Origin: a bacterium
GTDB taxonomy: Bacteria; UBA9089; CG2-30-40-21; SBAY01
DNA length: 64,000 nucleotides
Assembly: GCA_040755795.1 (NCBI GenBank)
Contig: JBFLXS010000002.1
Span: 5,109 to 69,108, forward strand
Reading direction: 5' to 3'
Shown: piece after piece, positions 55,001 through 61,000 of the stretch
Layout of the letters: every line of letters begins with the position of its first letter
How positions within the stretch are numbered: the stretch's first letter is position 1
The notes under the pieces: generated by a model
The model's input: only the letters and a program-made list of their open reading frames with translations
The model's database searches: none
What the model was told of the DNA's origin: nothing
Made by a program: the position numbers and the translations under genes

Positions 55001-58000
55001 ATACTACCAGAGTTATGGTCAGTGGTGCTTGCTGAAGGGACAGTAGGAACAATTGTTACAGTCCGAGGCACAGGCTATGCGGCGAATGAGTTGGTCTATA
55101 TCCACTTTGGCACAACTAACACGATAACGACAACATCTGCAGATATAGAAGGTAGCTTCACCACAACATTTACTATTGATACACAACCTTATGGTTCTAC
55201 AACCATAACAGCGTTAGGTTTGAGTTCAGACAAGGCAATAAATGACTTCAAGATACTGCCAGAGTTATGGTCAGTGGTGCTTGCTGAAGGGACAGTAGGA
55301 ACAATTGTTACAATCCGAGGCACAGGCTATGCGGCACAGGAATTAATTTACATCCACTTTGGGACAACAAATACAATCACGACGACCTCAGTCGCAATTG
55401 AAGGTAGTTTCACAACAACATTTACTATTGATACACAACCTTATGGTTCAACGACAATCACTGCGGTAGGTCTGAGTTCAGGTAATGCGATAAATAACTT
55501 CAAGATACTGCCAGAATTATGGTCAGTGGTGTTAGCCGAAGGGACAGTAGGGACAGTAGTGACGATACGAGGCACAGGTTATGCGGCGAATGAATTAATT
55601 TACATTCACTTTGGGACAACAAATACAATTACGACGACCTCAGCCGCAATTGAAGGTAGTTTCACAACGACATTTACTATTGATACACAGCCTTATGGTT
55701 CGACGACGATAACAGCAGTCGGCTTGAATTCAGGTAGTGCGATAAATTACTTCAAGATACTGCCAGAGTTATGGTCAGTGGTGTTAGCCGAAGGGACAGT
55801 GGGGACAGTAGTGACGATACGAGGCACCGGTTATGCGGCGAATGAGTTAATTTACATTCACTTTGGCACAACTAACACGATAACAACAACATCTGCAGAT
55901 GGACAGGGTAGCTGGACAACTACATTTACCATAGATACTCAACGCTATGGTTCAACAACCATTACTGCCGTAGGTTTGAGTTCTTCATCTGCTATTAATT
56001 ACTACAAGATAACTCCTGATTTATGGTATGTAAGTCCAACGCAAGGAACGGTTGGAACAATTGTTACCATTAGAGGCACGGGTTACTCAGTTGGTGATGT
56101 CCGAATAGACTTTGGAACGACAAGAACTATCACCACTACACAGGCGGTTGCAGAAGGTAGTTTCACCACTACATTTACTGTGAATATTCAACCTGTAGGC
56201 AAGACGACTATTGCCGCAGTGGGCATTAATGGCGAAGGAAATATTAACTTCTTTACCATCACAGGTGGAATTAGAATATCACCTACCACTGGGACAGTAG
56301 GAATAGTAGTAACGGTGTTTGGTAATGGATATGCTTCAACAGAGCAGGTGAGGGTTGATTTTGGCACCACTCCTACCCTGTCAATAGTTACAGCGGAGCC
56401 AGTAGGGACATTTATTGCTATGTTCACTGTTACCACTCAACCTTATGGCACGACAACGGTTACGGCTACTGGACCAATAACAGGGTCTGCGATAGACTTC
56501 TTTGTCATTACACCTGAATTATTTAGTGTTATACCAAATGCAGGGACAGTAGGTAGCATAGTAATAATTCGAGGCACAGGTTATGCGGCGAATGAGAGAG
56601 TTTATATCCACTTTGGGACAACTAATACGATAACTACTACATCTTCAGACATAGAAGGAAGCTGGACAACAACATTTACTATAGATACACAACCTTACGG
56701 TTCTACAACCATAATAGCGTTAGGCTTGAGTTCAGGTTCAGCTATTAACTATTGCAAGATACTGCCAGAGTTATGGTCAGTAGTGCTTGCGGAAGGGACA
56801 GTAGGGACAATCGTCACAATCCGAGGCACAGGCTATACGGCGAATGAGTTAGTTTATATTCACTTTGGCACAACTAATACGATAACCACTACATCTGCAG
56901 ATATAGAGGGTAGCTGGACAACTACATTTACTATAGATACTCAACCTTATGGTTCTACAACGATAACCGCCATAGGGTTAAGTTCGGGTTCAGCCATAAA
57001 TGACTTCAAGATACTGCCTGAATTATGGTTCGTCAATCCAGCAGAAGGAACAGTAGGCAAGATAGTGATGATAAGAGGAACAGGCTATGCGGCGAATGAG
57101 GCAGTTTATATCCACTTTGGCACAACAAAGACGATAACAATGGTATCTTCAGTTATTGAAGGTAGTTTCACAACAACATTTACCATAGATACACAACCTT
57201 ATGGCACAACGACCATTGTTGCCTCAGGATTGAATTCAGGAGAGGCGATTAATTACTTCAGAGTCCTGCCGGAGGTATTCAGTGTTACTCCGAAAGAAGG
57301 CACAGTGGGAACAATAGTTACTATTCGTGGGACAGGATATGGTGCAAATAAGATAATTAATGTTCACTTTGGAACAACAAATACTATTACTACGGCGAGT
57401 TCAGATATAATTGGTTCATTTACCGCAACATTTACTGTGGATACGCAACCTTATGGCACAACAACTATTGTTGCTACAGGTTGTTCGGCAATTAACTACT
57501 TCAAGATATTACCAGATGTTTGCTATGTTACGCCTACATCAGGGACTGTGGGAAGTATTGTGACGGTTCGTGGAACAGGCTATGCGGCTTCAGAAGAGGT
57601 CTATGTCCATTTTGGCACAACAAAGACGATTACAACTACGGTTTCTGCTCAAGAAGGTAGCTTCACCACGACATTTACTGTGGATACACAAGTTTATGGC
57701 ACAACAACAATTATTGCGGTAGGATTAGGTTCAGGAGAGGCGATTAATTATTATAGGATAACTCCTGATTTGTGGTATGTCAATCCACAACAAGGCACAG
57801 TAGGAACAATTGTTACGATTAAAGGCACAGGTTATACCCCTGGTGAGGTGCGAATAGACTTTGGCACAACTCAAACTATTACTACTACTCAGGCAGATAA
57901 TACAGGTAGTTTGACGACGACATTTACCATAGATACGCAACCATTAGGTATAACAACTATTGCGGCAGCTGGTGCTAATGCTGAAAGAAATATTAACTTC

Positions 58001-61000
58001 TTCACGATTACTGGTGGTATTAGAATATCGCCAACTACGGGTTCAGTAGGAACGATAGTAACCGTGTTTGGTAATGGTTATGCGGCAACAGAACAAGTCC
58101 GTGTTGATTTTGGGACAACACCAACATTAGCCATAACAACAACTGATAATATAGGTTCATTTACGGTAACCTTTACCGTAACGACACAACCTTATGGAAC
58201 AACAACTATCATTGTTACCGGAGCAGAGGCAGGTTCTGTCTGCATTACCTTCTTCATCACGCCAGATGTATTTATGGTTAGTCCAGATACAGGAACAGTG
58301 GGAACAGTAATTACTATTCGTGGGACAGGTTATGCTGGGAGAGAAGATGTTTATATCCACTTTGGCACAACGCAGACGATTACCATTACTACTTCAGCTA
58401 TTGAAGGCAGTTTCACGACGACATTTACCATTGATACACAGCCGTATGGTAGCACGACCATTACGGGATTAGGCTTAAATTCCAGTTCAGCTATTAATTA
58501 CTTTAAGATTATACCGCAGATTATTCAGGTTACACCAGATACAGGAACAGTTGGAACAATAATTACGATTCGTGGGACAGGATATGGAAATGGCGAAGAT
58601 GTCTTCATCCACTTCGGCACGACACAAACGATTACCAGGACTATTACCGATATAGAAGGCAGCTGGACTACAACATTTACTATTGATACACAACCGTATG
58701 GGACGACGACAATTACTTCTGTGGGAGAGACTACACCGCAGGCGATTAATTACTTTAAGATTACACCAGAAATAATTAGGGTTACGCCAACTCAAGGCAC
58801 AGTGGGAACAATAGTAACAATTCGTGGGACAGGTTATGCCGGGACAGAAGAAGTCTATATCCACTTTGGCACAACGAAGACGATTACGACTACGGTTTCA
58901 GATATCGCTGGTAGCTGGACAACAACATTTACGATTGACCCACAGGCTTATGGCTCAACAACCATTACTGCGCTTGGATTACGGTCAGATTCAAATATTG
59001 CTTACTTCAAAGTGTTAGGCGAATTATACTTAGTTTCACCGAAGGAAGGGACCGTGGGGACGATAGTAACCATTAGTGGAACAGGATATCAATCCAGTGA
59101 GACTGTCCAGATAAGTTTTGGCAACAAGACGACGATAACTACAGGTCATGTAATAGACACAGGCGTCTTTATCCTTACATTTACAATTGATACGCAGGTT
59201 TATGGGTCAACAACAATTATTGCCACTGGTCTCTCATCAGCCATAGAAGGTATTAATTACTTTAAGATAATACCAGATGTAATTATGGTGAGTCCATCAA
59301 TTGGGACTGTGGGGACAATCGTTACCATTCGTGGGACTGGTTATGCCGGATTAGAAGAGTTGTATGTCCATTTTGGCACGACAAAGACAATTACTACAAC
59401 GACTTCAGATATGGAAGGTAGCTGGACAACAACATTTACTATTGATACACAACCGTATGGTTCAACAACAATTACCGTGTTAGGATTTGGTTCTGGAGAG
59501 GATATTTCCTACTTTAAGATAACACCTCAAATTTGGGATGTTACACCGACTTCAGCGACAGTAGGAACAATAATTACCATTCGTGGCACAGGTTATGCCG
59601 GGACAGAGGAGATTTATATCCACTTTGGCACGAATAAGACGATTACTACTACTGTTTCTGCCATAGAAGGAAGTTGCACAACAACATTTACCATTGATAC
59701 ACAACCTTATGGCACGACAACGATTCTCGCAGGAGGCTTGAAGTCTGATGAGGCAATTAATTACCTGAAGATAACTCCACAATTAGTTTCAGTAACACCA
59801 ACAGAGGGAACAATAGGAACACTAATAACTATTTGTGGAACAGGTTATGCCAGCAGTGAGACAGTTTATATCCACTTTGGGATACGCAATACTATTACCA
59901 CTACTGTTTCAGGCATCGAAGGAAGTGTGACAACTACCTTTACCATTGATACTCAACCTTATGGAACGACAACTGTGGTAGCATTAGGCTTGAAGTCCGC
60001 AGTTGCCATTAATTACTTTAAGATATTACCGGCATTGTTTATGGTCAGTCCAACAGAAGGGACTGTGGGCACAATAGTAACAATAAGAGGTAATGGTTAT
60101 ATTGGGACAGAAGAGATTTATATCCACTTTGGCACAACAAGGACGATTGCCACGGTTATCTCAGAGCTACAGGGAAGCTTTACCACAACATTTACAGTGG
60201 ATACACAACCTTATGGGTCAACAACTATCACAGGCGTTGGTAGTTGTGGTGAGTCAATTAACTACTTTAAGATTACACCAGAGTTGTGGTTTGTAACTCC
60301 AACAAAAGGAACAATAGGAACAATTCTAACTATTCGTGGAACTGGTTATACGCCAGGTGAGGTGCGAATAGACTTTGGCACGACAGAATCTATCACCCTT
60401 ACTCAAGCAGAAATAGAGGGAAGTTTCACCACGACATTTACCGTAAATACACAAATATTAGGTAAGACAACAATTAGAGCCACAGGTATTAATCAGGAAA
60501 CCAATATTAACTATTTTGTGATTATTGGTGGAGTTGAGGTATCGCCGACATCTGGCACGGTTGGGTCAATAGTGACGGTATGTGGAACAGGATATGCGGC
60601 AAGTGAAGAGATAAGGATTAATTTTGGCACAACACCTTCAATTACGAAAGTTATCGCTACTGAAGCGGGAACATTTACCGTAACCTTTACCATTGATACA
60701 CAACCTTATGGCACCACCACCGTTAGAACGATAAGTTCAGATACAGGTTCAGCCACAACTTACTTTACCATTCTACCCGACCTGTGGCAAGTTAGTCCAT
60801 CAGAAGGCACAGTAGGAACAATAGTTACTATTCGTGGGACAGGTTATGCCTATCAAGAAACAGTTTCGATACATTTTGGAACAACATTTACCATTACCAC
60901 AGCTCAAGGTTCTAAACAAGGTAGCTGGACGACGAAATTCACAGTAGATATGCAACCTTGTGGTAGCACCACGATTACTGCCGTAGGTGATACATCAGGC

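Noticed and set aside
35341-56000. Strictly periodic direct repeats of about 252 bp. Considered as a possible CRISPR array or non-coding satellite or minisatellite.
   Set aside because: The units are directly abutting with no unique spacers, they are 249-252 bp long (far longer than CRISPR repeats), and the whole array is in one open reading frame with codon-structured variation. This is a coding domain array.
35341-56000. Diversity-generating retroelement (DGR) variable-region signature, i.e. adenine-specific substitutions among near-identical copies
   Set aside because: Differences between near-identical units involve all four bases, for example a-to-c, c-to-a, c-to-g and a-to-g within 38413-38916. 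They occur as linked haplotype blocks and are mostly synonymous. No template-repeat or reverse-transcriptase sequence is present in the window.
903-60296. Plus-strand ORFs in phase 0 (903-1088, 3483-3707, 5262-5489, 28458-28664, 29544-29792, 58824-59018, 60093-60296)
   Set aside because: They are out-of-frame overlaps nested inside the phase-2 giant ORF. They have low-complexity Leu/Arg/Gln-rich translations typical of frame-shifted reading of Thr/Gly/Ile-rich coding sequence, and show no repeat conservation at the protein level.
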